A DNA stretch of 64,000 bases from Vicugna vicugna (lineage: Eukaryota): assembly GCA_013265495.1 (NCBI GenBank), contig MU057744.1:2493370-2557369 (forward strand). Reading direction: 5' to 3'. The translations under genes and the position numbers were made by a program. The notes under the pieces are model-generated. The model ran no database searches and had not been told where the DNA came from. It saw nothing but the letters and a program-made list of their open reading frames with translations. Below, piece after piece: positions 1 through 13,050 of this stretch (position 1 is the stretch's first letter; the number at the start of each line of letters is the position of its first letter).

Positions 1-56
1 AGACTGTAAAGGAGTCATGAGTCAAAAAAAAATGGAGTATCATTTTACTGTAACAG

Positions 57-446
57 ATTTAAACTGAGAAATTAATCTTCTCAATAGATGATGCATCTAC
101 TAAAATTAAATTCATCTTATAAAATTAAACAGATTTTTCCAGTAAAGAAATAAACAGGAAAGACTCAATAATAATCACAGATTTATTCAAACTATACTCA
201 GATGTGTAAAGGAAAAGTTTTTACCTGACTGAATAATCTGAAAGTTCACACTTTCAAATCAAAAATGATTTGATCCTTTCAAGTTTAATGGTCTTTTCCT
301 TCATTCAAATAGTCAATATATGTAGTATCCAAGGTTCAGATTCCTACGGATTGCTGAGCTTTGAAGTCTTTTCAGAGAGTCTCTCTCCTGAGTTGAGTGT
401 TCTCAGAATGCCACTTCTCCTTTCTCCTTTCCTAGGAGCGTCTGGG
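57..446 (+). pseudogene. Two exon remnants (~57-237 and ~340-446), end of the TPR region
   Basis: IDDASTKIKFIL / QMCKGKVFT*LN then RF-(fs)-YGLLSFEVFSESLSPELSVLRMP, resembling TTC3 'EAENQFKRII...GIGKVYLKKN|RFLEALNHFEK...PGVLTWP' and DZIP3 'GGLLEFHK' (recalled). Confidence 0.55.
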
Positions 447-1670
447 GTGCGAGGATGTCCACTCTGTTTTTATGAAAGCAGAGAAGGGGATCTGTATGGT
501 GTCTTACAAATTCACTTTCTGCTGCCGCTCCCATCTGGCCTGTTACCTGGGTTGGCAGCTCTCAAGTGTGATAGATTCCACTGGGAAATTTGAGTTACCT
601 TAGGATACAGTCTCGGGGTGAACGCCCTGGCCAGTCCTCTTCTCTCTGACTGGCCCTCTGGGTGACACAGGCCCTCTCAGACCTTGTGCATTTCCCACTG
701 GGGTCCACAGAGACTTTGGAATCCCCTACATCAGGGAAGGTCAGTGCGGTCAGGAGTTTGCCTCCAGGCTCTGCAATGTTCTTCATCTGTTCAGGAGTGT
801 TTAAAGCCATCCTCAGCAGTGACTGGTCTGAAGGAGCAGGCAGAGGAAATCAGATCCTGGCATATTACTCACTGTCATACGGCCAGGTCCCTCCTACACA
901 TCCCCGCCTGGGCTGCAGAGGGACAACGCTCACCTCCTCCCAATTTTACAGGGACCGCCCCTGACAACCTCCTCTTCCTTCCTGATTCCATTTCCCCTGA
1001 TAAGCTTTCACACTAATAAGAGAAGACAAATCAGAACTTATTTCAAAAATTATTTATATATATATAATTTTTATATTTTTTATATAATTGGAGAAGAGAC
1101 GAAGAGATAGCTTCAGAAATCTTCAAAAAGTACAGCAAACTTTATACCAAATAATAGCAAACATGATGCCAAATAATAAAAGGTCAGAAACATTTATAGC
1201 AAAGTCAAGAACAACACACGGCTGCTCAGTATCTTCTGTAATATTCAACATTTGCCTGCAGTTCTTACATTACACTCTAAGACATTAAAAAAAAGAGATG
1301 TAAATAGAATGGAAGAGAGAGACACAACTGATAACTTTACACTAATGTTATGGCTGATTTGGAAAAGACCGAGGGAATTATCAGTCACACTGGTGGACGT
1401 GTAAGAACTTTTAGTAAAGGGTTCTGCTATAAAATAAATGAGGATGTCAGAGGCTTCAGAATGCCTTTAAAAAGCAAGTAAATTAAAGTCCACAGTGGCA
1501 ATTAAACACCAGTGCAAGGTAGAGCTTTCCCATTCCCTCCTTTATTTCTCCCTTCCCTCACTTTCTCAGAAACTACAGTTAACAAGCTGGAGAGGAAAAA
1601 ACAAGGAAAGAAAGACACAGCCAGAAGTCAAAGAGGAGACCTTTGCTGATCAAATACTCCTTTCCTGCAG

Positions 1671-2900
1671 TACCTACCTGGGGATGGCAGATATACTCAA
1701 AATTAATTTGAACGCTTTCATTATAGTATGGTGCCAGACAATTTAATTTGTAAAATGAGATGACGTCTTAATTTATAATGTAAAAAATATGACATGTGAT
1801 TAGAAAAATCCTGACACCACTTGAGTTCTACTGAATGTGTTTTAAAGAAACATGGAAGACAAAAGTAAGTTGCTTTTTGATTTCCTCTGTGAGTAATGCT
1901 ACCTTAAATTACTGCTTTTATTAATTCATAGAAGTATATGTCTTTCACGGTCTGACTTTATGAGTCATAAAGTACATTGTGCAGAATGTATTCTACATAG
2001 GTAAGTCATCAAATTATACATCTTTGCTTTGGCAAACATTAGGAAAATTTGAAAGCAATTTTTAAAAACTGTAAAATTCTGATATCAAAATATATGCGTG
2101 CATGCATACTAACTGGAAGGAATTCCAGGTACCTTTGCAATGTAGTATAGATTATTTTAAATAACGGAAAAAGTAGTTGTAATAGGAAACTATAAACTTC
2201 TACATCTTTAAGATGTTTACACTATTATTTATACCTACAAAATCTTACCACATAGGGCCAATGGCCAGGAACCCAATCAAGCCTTTCTCCTAAGCCTCAA
2301 AATAGAATTGCTTCCTCCTCGTGTGTCCCTTGCTCTTCCTAAATAAAGCCTGCATTCTGGGGTACTGCAGCGGGGTTGGCTGTCTCTCCGTTAGACTGGG
2401 GTTCTTTAATACTAATTGCCTCTTCATTTTTGTATTCTTTGGGCTTCAAATGTGCTAAACACCTATTAGAGAACTAATACACAGTAGCTCTGTTGAAAGA
2501 AATATTAATATGTAACTTAGACTTCTTAGAGTCTTTTTTACTATTATAAATGGTTATAATTTTTTCTAAATTTACTACATTATCTTCTGCTGTTTATTAC
2601 ATTGTTCAGCATTGTTTTATTACATGATTATACATGACCTATGTTTAAAAACTCTCAAGAATGATTCCTTTGGGTTCCATCTTCAAAGAGTTAAATTTAC
2701 ATAAATTCAGCAAACTATTATAAAATATATGTTGAAAATTATGCAGCATTTGAGTGATGTTGCTATTATACATACTATAATAAAAATATAGTGTAATTTT
2801 ACTTTCTGAAACTGAATAATGGAAATTTAAAAATATCTGACTGTCATGTTATGAAAAATGAGAAAAGCTTTTCTTTGAAAAAGAAAAACAGCCATAAATC
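1671..2900 (+). pseudogene. Exon remnants 1671-1864, 1932-2000 and 2610-~2900: Cys/His-rich TTC3/DZIP3 domain
   Basis: Strong splice sites (tttcctgcag; aaaa|gtaagt; atag|gtaagt; ttgttcag). Fragments ILKINLNAFII, VPDNLICK, VYVFHG, DLCLKT..FGFHLQ, CCYYTYYNKNIV*F..NGNLKI versus TTC3 'IKMLLEKFVEECKFPPVPDAICC...IEFHMNC...CLTPDCEGVIS...GEVKC'. Confidence 0.55.
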
Positions 2901-3439
2901 TGTGTAATGGTTGATAATACAGCCAATATTTTAAAGACAACAAGATAGCGGCTTAATGTATTCTGATTGAATTTTAAATTTTATAAATAAAATACAAGTA
3001 GCTAGAAAAGAAACCCATATTTCAAAGGGAGACTAAGACACAGTATGCATAAGGCAGAAGCAAGCTACAAAGCCATGACGGAGCTCTCGGGGAGACACTC
3101 TGCACTCACAGTACACCATGAGATGCTCTCCACGTAGTCTGTCTGATAATGACGTTTATTGCCCCAATTCAGCACGATGTAAGAAATACAAACGGTGTAT
3201 TTACCCTATTTCCGTCCTTTAAAAAATGTCTTATGTCCTCTTCTTGGATTGTGAAATTCACAACATGTATCTGATGCATTGTGTCCATGGTCTTACCTTC
3301 CCTTTCCCTCCTCCTTTCCTTCCACTTTACAACCACTGATTTTTTTCTTTCTTTCTTTTCTTTTTTTAATCTCTCTTTTTCTGAATGAAACCTGGTTTCC
3401 TGCCTCCTTTGGCCTTTACAGCTCACAGTAGCTACGCCC

Positions 3440-4240
3440 ACCCGAGTCCAGGAATGGGCTGTGACTGACTTAAGTCAATCACAAGGATCCCGTTCCCCTT
3501 ATTAGTGCTGGTTTAAAGCATGCTCTAGGTCACGATTCTGGCTCATGAGACAAAGCGAAACTTCTAAAAAAAAAAGAAAAGAAAAAAGTAATGTGTCCTT
3601 GCTCTTACTGAGCTGGGAGAGTCCCTTTTATAACCCTGGATGTTGTAGGGACTAAGTGAGGTATTTTGACACAGTAAGTGAGATATCTGAACCCACCTAG
3701 GATAATTTAACATAAGCTACCGAAGAAAAAGATGTCGAAAAGCTGGGCTCCTGAAGCCATTACTGAACCATGACATCTCAGTCGGGTTGGGCTGCTCTCA
3801 CAGACACCATAGTCTGGGTGATGACAAACATTTATTTCTCAGAGTTCTGGAGGCTACAAGTCAAGTCTGGGGAGGGCCCTCTTCCTGGTTTGGAGACAGT
3901 CACCTTCCTGTGTATCTTTCCATGGCACAGAGAGAGAGAGAATGAAACAAATGTTTTCCTGTCTCTTCCCAAAAAGGGCACTTCCTAAAAATCCCATCAA
4001 GGGGGCTACAGTCTCCTGAACTAATTCCCTCCCAAGGTCCCCATCTCCACATACTGTTCCACTGGGAACTGGGGTTTCAAGGTGTGGATTCCAGGGAAGT
4101 GAACACGCAGTCCATACACACGGATTCAACGTGGTCAGGAGCTCCCCTAACCCTGGGCTCCTTTGTAGAGACCCTAGGTTTCTTTGTCATTCAAACAAGT
4201 TTGATCTCAGTCTTTCACATGTAACTGGAAGAATCCTATT
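3440..4240. mobile_element. Old MaLR LTR (MLT1J/K-like, +) with a nested MLT1A-like LTR (~3771-4118, -)
   Basis: Recognised MLT1A motifs (ctgggtg..aaacatttatttctcagagttctggaggct..cccaaggtcccatctccac) inside MLT1J/K-like flanks. Confidence 0.7.
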
Positions 4241-4589
4241 GGCTAGAAAACAATTTTGCAGCATTATTACAGAGGATAACACTTACGAAGCCTCATTCCG
4301 TCATTCTCTGAGTATCTGTGCTTTTTCACATCCGTTGTCTCTGACTCTTTTGAAATCCATCATGCGTTAGGAACACTCTCTCTTTTCTTGGTAATTTCCA
4401 CATTTTCTCGGTAAAATTAACATTTCCCATTTCCAACCATTTCCTCAAGGTGTGGTGTAGAGCATATCCTGTGCTAAAGGGGGCGGGGAGGACACTCATA
4501 CAACCCACGGCCGACAAAGCAGTGGTGACGCAGACACGACACACGCCCAGGACCAGCAGATTTCAGAACTCGGGAAGCCCGCTCCAGGC

Positions 4590-5560
4590 CTCTGCCTGGC
4601 TGCAGCCCCGCCTCCAACAGCACAGATCAGCTCTGCTTGTTTTGAAACTTGTCATCAGTGGACTCATGACAGATATATTATTATTAGACCATTTTCTTTA
4701 CATGCAGTGTTTCTAAAATCCGTAAGTTTTTGTAAGTAGCTACTAATTATTCACTTTTTTTTTGCTGTATAGAATTCTCTTATATGAACCTACCACCATT
4801 TATTTATCAATTTTAATATTGAGCCACATGTATTAAATGGTATCATCAAACATGTGAAAATGCAAGCCACAAACCACGGAAGGTATTTGAAATACATAAA
4901 ATTGACTGAGATCTCACATCCAGAATACATAAAGAATTCCTAGAATTCAATAAATAATGACAGATAACCAAATAATAAAATGACAGAGACCTACAAGTGC
5001 TGTACAATGGAAGACACCCAAGTCTCCAATAAAAACCCATCAAGATTATTTTCATTATCAGTAATCAGAAAAATACCCATTAAAACATAATTTAATTCCA
5101 TTATACATTATATTCCCCAGAATGGCAAGGAAAAAAAAAAAAAGAAACAAATGACAACAGCAAGAATTAGCCAACAAGGTTAGCAACGTTTAGGCGTTTT
5201 AGACTCTGCAGCCAGGGTTGGGAATTAGTACAATATTTTAGAAAATACTTTCCTTGATCTTCCAAACTTGACCACACACATTTTCTGTGACCTGAAAAAT
5301 TTCACTCATAGGTGTATCTTCACCTGGTGGCCATTTGTTTCAAGGGACATGTGTATGAATACTTTTAGCAGAATCAATCTGATTGGTCTGCAAAACTAGA
5401 AAGTGCTTTTTAAAAATCATCTGAATGTGTGCTTTAAAATAATTCAGATTTCTCTTATAGATCAGGTCAGTTGTGTGGATGGTGTAATAATTCACAAAAG
5501 ACAGAGCCCTAACGGATGGAGAAAAATAAGGAACACGAGTTTAATGTTGAAACTTGACAG
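4590..5560. mobile_element. Ancient L1M fragments (minus ~4590-4830, plus ~4850-5560)
   Basis: Degenerate L1 3' motifs (tccagaatacataaagaattcctagaattcaataa; tcagtaatcagaaaaat). Confidence 0.6.
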
Positions 5561-5705
5561 AAATTCCCAGGAAGTCTATTGTGCTCAGAATCCGTGAACA
5601 ATGAGCTAACCTTTATCATTTATAGACTCCATTACTATGTTTCCTGAACCAACTCTCATTCTCCACAACGATTTTCCACACCTTCTCAATGCTTCTCAAG
5701 CCTGA

Positions 5706-6172
5706 TGTAGCAGCCCGGAGTATGTATTACTCAGATCGCCCCTCAAGAGAGATCCACTGGGATCAACGTGGCTGGTTTACCAACCCCAGATTCCAAAACT
5801 TTGGATCCATCACAGCGTTCACACACAGGATCTGTTTCTCCCGGGGCTGCTCCCAGCCAAAGACTGTGCCTGGAAGAGGGAAGAGACCACTGTTTCCGTC
5901 TGACTAAGGATTCTTCAAGTGTGCACTCTTTGCTCTGGGACCCCCATCAGACAGAGTTTCCCAGAGGGCACTGCAGTCTGGGACTCCTCTTGTTCACTCG
6001 TCCTTCTTTTCCTGTCTCCTTAATAGCTGTCAGACCTGCGCTTGGTCTAAAAACTCCCCCTGCTTACTGCTGTTCCATCTGCCCTCTGTCCTTCATCGAC
6101 TCTGCGCCAAATAAACCTTTTGCACATCCAGTTCCGTCCTGGTGTCTGCTTCCAGGAGGACTTGAAACAGCA
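5706..6172 (+). mobile_element. ERVL solo LTR, LTR16-like
   Basis: TG...CA ends, ggctgctcccagccaa motif, and aataaaccttttgcacatcc..gtctgcttccaggaggac 3' end. Confidence 0.65.
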
Positions 6173-7806
6173 TGTCTAGCGAACAATGCCCTTTCCAAAA
6201 ACTCTCAAAAATGCTGTCTCACTGTCTAACCTGACAGAGTCAACAGACAGTAACTTTTTCTCCATAGATGCTCAAAGAAAACTTACATTCTTATCAATTA
6301 GTTCTTTCCTCCAGATGATTAAAAAAAGAGCCGATCTTCTCCCTTGGGTTAAAGATGACTACAAATCATTTGCTACATTTTTCAGCGAGTGGTAGAATCG
6401 CAGTTTTATGCTGTTATGACCAGATCGCATGCTGCCGACAGATTCACACGAAGTTTCTTAGAACATTCCTTCTGGGAGGCCTGAGGCACTTACGTAAGAG
6501 GTTAGATTACCCTGAGACTGGAAAGAAATCACATGCTGGCCCCTGGTCCATTGCCCCAGGTAAGCTCAGCCATCTGGCTGTTCCCACCAACGCGCAAGGT
6601 AGGAAGGAAGGAATCTTGGGTGGTCCAGACCCACTCATCTACCAACAGTCTCTCAACGGCACACGGGGCAGAAAAATCACTCAGCTAAGCTGGCCCTGAA
6701 TTCCTGACCCTCAAAAATCTTAAGCTATAAGGACACAGAACAAAATCATTATTGCTTTAAGTTTCCAAGTTTCAAATAGTTTATCATACAACAATAGATA
6801 ATGTGCGCAATCTCTCCCTGTCCATGGGCCATTAATCAATCTTGTGTTCTGTCCTTATCCTTTTATTTTGTGAAGGATATAGAGGTTTTGTTTGTCTCCT
6901 TTTCTTCTAATTATCCAAATTCACACTCTCTTCTGATACCAGCTTAGTATGCTTACATCTGAAAAACCCAGACCATGTGGACTGGATCTGCTGATTCAGA
7001 CGCCAAAACTTCAGTGGCGTAGTAACATACAAGTGTACATGTGGTTACTGTTAGAGTCCCGGAGGGTGCTAGGTCTGTTGGGGAGCTCCATCCATGGTCC
7101 TGCAGAGACCTGGGTCTCCATCCTCCAGGACATCACCGTCGTCTGCCTCTCCCATACCAAGGAGGGAAGAGACAGAAGAGGGGCCCAGCAGACCAGGCAC
7201 GACAGTGGAACACCTCAGAACACTCATGTCCCGCTGGCCATAACAGAGTCAAATGGCCACACCCAGCTGCCCAGGATCTTAAAACACAGTCGACTTGCAA
7301 AACCAAGAGTAGGAGAAAATGATTCTTGGAGAAGAACACAGGTTCTACCTGTATTTACCATGAGATTAAGCAAGTTTTTTGTTAAAATGCCACAAGTAGG
7401 TGTGAAACCTCGGCGTCCTGTAATTCTCACACAGAGAATTAGTAAATAATTTTATGTGTCACTGCATGTATTTCTCCATCCTCTCCTCATTCCTTCATCT
7501 TTGAGGAATCTCTGGAACTACTCACAGAACTTGGACCATTGTATACAATTAATACACACTTAATAAAAGCATGATTTAATCAATTAGTATATTTTTTCCA
7601 AAAATAATAGAAGTCATCATTTCTATATGTAAATCAGTTGTCTTGGTGCATTTACTGAGCAGTCTAACCTTTTCCAACCAAAAAGGGATACCCTATTTTA
7701 TATATTATGTTACTGGATCTATTTGGGGCCTCTATTCTGTCTGCCTGGTCATTCACTATCCTTGTTACACTACTTTAATTACCATGGATTTAAATATAAT
7801 TCTTTG

Positions 7807-7940
7807 GGAGGAGGGTACAGTGCAACGGTAGAGTGTGTGCTCAGTATGCACGATGTCCTGAGTTCAATCCCCAGGACCTCTATTAATAAATAATAAATAA
7901 ACAAGCCTAATTACCTCCCCCCAAAAAACCGACAGAAAAG
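7807..7940 (+). mobile_element. Camelid tRNA-derived SINE (Vic-1 type)
   Basis: ggaggagggtacagtgcaacggtagagtgtgtgctcagtatgcacgatgtcctgagttcaatcccc (A/B boxes), A-rich tail, TSD aattctttg at 7798-7806 and 7941-7949. Confidence 0.85.
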
Positions 7941-8028
7941 AATTCTTTGTATGACAAAGGGCAGGTACCTATTCTCCAAATTATTCCTCTCCAAAAGGGT
8001 ATTGGTTACATTTGATCTTATTAAGATG

Positions 8029-9085
8029 TTTTAGATCCAACCTCTATATATATCTCATACAACTTAATAACAACTACAACAAAAAAATGAACAACCCAAA
8101 CAAAAATGGACAGAAGACTAAAACAAGCAATTCTCCGATGAAGACATATAAATGGCCAACAAGCACATGAAAAAATGCTCAATATCATGAATATCAGAAA
8201 AATGCAAATCAAAACTACGATGAGGTATCACACCAGTCAGAATGGCCATCATTCAAAAGTCCACAAATGACAAATGCTGGAGAGGCTGTGGAGAAAAGGG
8301 AACCCTCCTACACTGCTGGTAGGAATGCAGTTTGGTGCAGCCATTGTGGAGAACAGTATGGAGATTCCTCAAAAGACTGAAAACAGACATACTATATGAC
8401 CTAGCAATCCCACTCTTGGGCATATATCTGGAGGGAACTCTAACTCAAAAAGACACCTACACTCCAATGTTCACAGCAACACTATTTACAACAGCCAAGA
8501 CATGGAAGCAACCTAAATGTCCATTGACAGATGACTTGATAAAGAAGTTGTGGTATATTTATATAATGGAGTACTACTCAGCCATAAAAAGAATAAAATA
8601 ATGCCATTTGCAGCAACAAGGACGGACGTGGAGATCATCATTCTAAGTGGAATAAGACAGAAAGAGAAAGAAAAATACCATATGATATCACTCATATGTG
8701 GAATCTAAAAAAAGAAAGTAAAAATAAGGATATTAATGAAGTCATCTACAAGACAGAAACAGACTCACAGACATAGTAAACAATCTTATGGTTACCAGGG
8801 AAAGGGGGTGGGAAGGGATAAATTCGGCAGTTCGAGATTTGTTAATGTTAGCCTATATATATATATATAGATATAGATATATATAAATAGATTATATATA
8901 AATATATATATAAATAGATTAAAAAATTTCTTCTGTATAGCACAGGGAACTATACTCAAAATCTTGTAGTAACATTTAATGAAAAAGAAAATGAAAATGA
9001 ATATATGTATACATATTCATGACTGGGACATTGTGCTGCATACCAGAAATTGACACATTGTAACTGATTATACTTCAAAAAAAAA
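8029..9085 (+). mobile_element. 5'-truncated, relatively young L1 (ORF2 C-terminus, 3' UTR, polyA)
   Basis: ORF 8332-8601 [39 protein letters not shown] is the L1 ORF2 end; A-tail at ~9077-9085. Confidence 0.92.
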
Positions 9086-10103
9086 GAAATTTTGCTTTTA
9101 AATCATCATTTTTAAATGATAACATGGATACTTGTTTTATTTATTCATTTTGCTAACACTCCTTCACTGAGAGAGGATTCTGCAGAGAGGAAGGGTATGC
9201 GCGAGTTAGAGAATCTTCAAATGCAGCACAACTTCTAGCAGACAGTCATAGCTGCTGTGCAAGACACACTGAGTGTGGTGGGAGGACAGGGAGCTCACTC
9301 CTCACTGGTGTGATCAAAGAAGGCCTGACACGGTCAGTCTGAGGGAGTCTAGAAAGATAACAGGATTTCAGCACTCAGGGTTCTGAGTGTGGGGAAGGCC
9401 TTCGAGGGATAAAGAATTCTTTGAACAGGAGTCGAAGCAGAAAGGCAGGCAAGGAACGATGAGATCTGCTGCAGGTGAGGCAGAGGGCCTGAAGGACGGT
9501 GCTGAGCGGCCAAGTTACAGTGTTGCACCAATGATGGAGCTACCCAAGGCCCAGACGCCAGGTCGAGGGCTTCTTTATAAATCTGGTAGAAAACTATGAA
9601 TTTTAATTTGACAATTTTTTTAAATCAAGAAGTTGTTATAAAGTGCCAAATATTTCCAGAGTGAGATCTAGGAGCTTCACGGGTCACGTTATCATATATT
9701 AGCTAACTTACGCCTCACACTAGGACCTTAAACACACTTTCTCTGAATGTACCATGGGCTGAACATTATGACAATGATGAAGCCTGCCCAGGACATAAAG
9801 GCAGACCTGACACCTCCCCACGCTTGTAGGAGGAAAACACAATGGGGATCTAATACGACATGGCAATAAATTACCATAAAACATCTGGACATTTCCCAAA
9901 CTACTTGAAATTTTGATTTGCAACCATTCCTCTTAAGGATGAACAGTTTGCCTTTAAGATATAAGCTAATAAAAGCATGAAGTCACTGCAGTGATCAAGC
10001 TAGTTCAAAATATTGTTTATCCATTTCTTAAAAATTCTTCTTTAGTGCTTTATCTTCAAAATATATTTGGCATAGACGTGCATGTTAATCATTTAACACA
10101 CAG

Positions 10104-13050
10104 GCTGAACTTTTAAGTAACAGTAGTATCCCATCAGAAAAGCTGATAAAGTACTGTAAAATGTAAGAATATGTGTGAACTGGATTTATGTGTGAGGAAG
10201 CTCTTTGTGCGAAGAAAATCTTTGAATTTTTATGTGTGAAATTTAAATTAGCTGAGTCTAGAAAATATACATGAAGGAAGGAGAGAGTCTCTCATCTCCA
10301 TGTTGGGACAATATCGTCTTTTAACATATGAGGTGAGACCACCTGGCTTCAGACCAGGAGAGTGGGGTGAGGTTGATTTGTAAATTAAAGATGCATTTAA
10401 ATATGAGTGGACCTTGATTTCTTTATCCTTCAGATTGAAACAAGTATTAACAGGAGTTCTAATGTTTGCTTCCACATCGCATCAACCTTCCTGACCCCTA
10501 CTCTGTAAATCACTGCCGTACAGTGATACCCTAAGCTTAATGTTAAAATTCTATTCAGCTCTGAACACATGAACGAATGATCTCTTATTTCCAACCGTCT
10601 GCATAAAGCAGTAACACCTGACTGCATTAAGCGAATCCACTCTTTCAGGTGGACTGTTCTGAGAACTGCACAGGCTTATTTTGCCTTGTGGTATAAGCTA
10701 CACCATTCCTCACGTTATCCTTTACACAAGGCGACACTTTGGCATCATTTTGTTTTCATCTACCTGGGTCTGTGAGAAACTGTACATTAGACTAGCTCCA
10801 CGCGCTAGTTCTTCAGAGGCCTCCTTCCCCACCCCTCAGGCTGTTTCCTCTCTAGACCTGTTAACATCTTCTCTATCTGTCGCCTCCTCCTCTGCTTTTA
10901 AACCACTGCCATAGCGTCACACAGAGACACTCCAGAGAAGGAACGTATTAGTCGGCAGGAAGCTAGACTTGCACAGGGCGGCACCTTGATGAGAGGGGGC
11001 CAGAAGAAGGCCCTGCAATGAAAACGACTCACTGCACTGACAGCTGATTTGAAAAGGAGTCAAAGACCTCAGAATTTAAGGCCAAGAGACTGCAAGGACA
11101 TTAACACAACAAGCAGGAGAATCCAAAATCTGAGTCCATGGGAGAGGCGGATTTTTGCCTCCTGGTAAAATCTGTGGGATCAGTTTTTCCTAAGTCATTG
11201 GTTTCTTTTTATGTTATTATTGTTTAGATGCAAGAAATTAATTTTTTGTGTAGAATGAGAGAGGTATAAGAAGATTAATTACAAGACTGATGAATTTGCT
11301 TAACAAAAAACCATCAAAACCACAGGAGCCGTTTCCATGTGCGTCTGAACATCCAGATACCACAGCTCTTCTGGGCATAAGCAGCACATGGATTGACTGG
11401 AGTCCCTTCCTCCCGCCGCTGTCCCTTGCCCTGGAGCCACAGTGCAGTGAGGCACCCCAAAGGCAGAGCAGGAGTGCTTGTGAGACAGGAGGGAAGAGGG
11501 CAGGGCACAGCATTAAAGGAATGACACAGCAGTTGGCACCAAAGTAGCAGAAAACTCAACTCCCAATACACCTGGAAGCCCAAGATGGCGGGAGATTCAC
11601 CCTCCAGTGGACCCTGAGCTTTGCTACACGCACTGTAATGTGCTAGCCTGGTGAGTGACACTCCCACAGGTGCCATGACAGTTCCCAGGCTGACCGTAAA
11701 CGGTCAAAGAGAGGGTGCGCCCCCGCTTCTGGGAATCCTCGCCCCTGCCCCAAAGTAGTTAGAACAACCCACCTACTTATTAGCACGTGAAGTTACTGAG
11801 GCCGTAAAAACTAACAACCCCACACTTCTCTCCTGCCTTCTGAGATGGCCCACACTTGTCTATGGAGTGTGTATGTCCCTGAATAAATCTACCCTCCTCA
11901 ACTGTGGCTCACTCTTGAATTCTTTCCTGCGTGAAGCCAAGGACCCTCACTTCGTGAGGCGTGTCCCAGGGACTTGCCTGGGACCTGGGACATGGCCATC
12001 CTCTCACCCCACTTTCCTGTATCACTTGGCTGAGTGTCTTAAGGAGAAGCTGGCACTGGCACCAGAGGGATGAGACAGTCTGATGGCGAGTCTGAGGGGC
12101 ACTGATGACCAGGAGGAGGCTCGTCCGAAACCACATGTGACAGTCTGTGGGGCCTCCCAGAGACACCTGGGAGGGGCTTTGTTGTGGGAACAAGGACGCA
12201 GTGTCTGCAGCTCCATCAGATAGTAAAGCTCATGATCACTCAGGTACAGATCGAGGCAGAGACACCCACAGTCACAGGCAGGTGTCTGAGGTTGGTTCAC
12301 TCACATAGAGATCACGGTTCAAGCCATGGGCATAAATGTGGTTTTTAATGAAGCAGCAGAGGGATGTGAGAGAAAGATCTTCACACACATCATCATTCAT
12401 TCTGCTACTTCATTTACTTTAACTTTTTTTTTTCCTATAACCACTAAGACTCCAAACTTTTGATTTTTGGTGAATAAGAGTTGAGAAAGGGGAGAAAATG
12501 AATCAAATAAAGTAGAATGTATCCCTAGAGATTAAACCATTTTAATCATAGGATGCAGATGAGAAGTTTTAAGTATTATTCATAAAGGGTCATTAATGTA
12601 GAGATGTACATACTAAATTCTGATTAATTTAAATAAAGAGTCATAGTGGCACTGTTAAGGTCAATTTAATTATAACTGGAAAAAATCACTCATGTTTCAG
12701 ATTTTGTATTTTATTTAAGGCCCTGATCATAAGTGCCTTAGAGAAATTCTTTAGTCTATTCTGAGAGGTATATTTTCCCAACTATAGGATTGGTTAGTTT
12801 AAAATGTATGAACTACATAATTTCGTATCTTTTGAAATTCCATTTTAAGCAAACCTTCTTTCTTTGCCCTGTGAGATTCAGCAATGGAAAATTTTATTCT
12901 AAGTATATATCATATGATAGTTGAATCATCAAGTAATTTACGCTGTAGTTTTGTTTCAAATATTCTTTTTTTTATATTGTCAGATTACTACTGAGAATAA
13001 CAAGACAGTACTTTTCTTTGGAGCTGTGCTTTAAAAAAAACTAAATAAAA
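10104..13050 (+). pseudogene. Helical repeat unit 1: exons 10104-10162, 10252-10332, 10434-10504, 11228-~11400, ~12552-12659, 12720-12767 and start of the exon at 12984
   Basis: Phase-2 chain AELLSNSSIPSEKLIKYCK|..PCWDNIVF*HM|RLKQVLTGV, then LITRLMNL..IKT..STWID, DADEKF*VLF and LLLRITRQYFSLELCF. Most splice sites are canonical. Confidence 0.5.
11481..12024 (+). mobile_element. ERV1-type solo LTR, MER41-like
   Basis: TG...CA termini, 4-bp TSD cttg (11477-11480 / 12025-12028), AATAAA, clear similarity to the copy at 20429-21048. Confidence 0.85.

Noticed and set aside
599..827. Minus-strand exon-like segment (good acceptor, gtaact donor, open frame QSLLRMALNTPEQ...)
   Set aside because: No recognisable protein similarity and no consistent chain of minus-strand exons; probably chance, though an antisense lncRNA exon cannot be excluded.
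6949..7449. 166-aa ORF
   Set aside because: Overlaps MaLR-like sequence; no homology or splice support.
7807..7885. tRNA-like sequence
   Set aside because: Head of a SINE with A-rich tail and TSD, not a tRNA gene.
8332..8601. 89-aa ORF
   Set aside because: Fragment of L1 ORF2, not a host gene.
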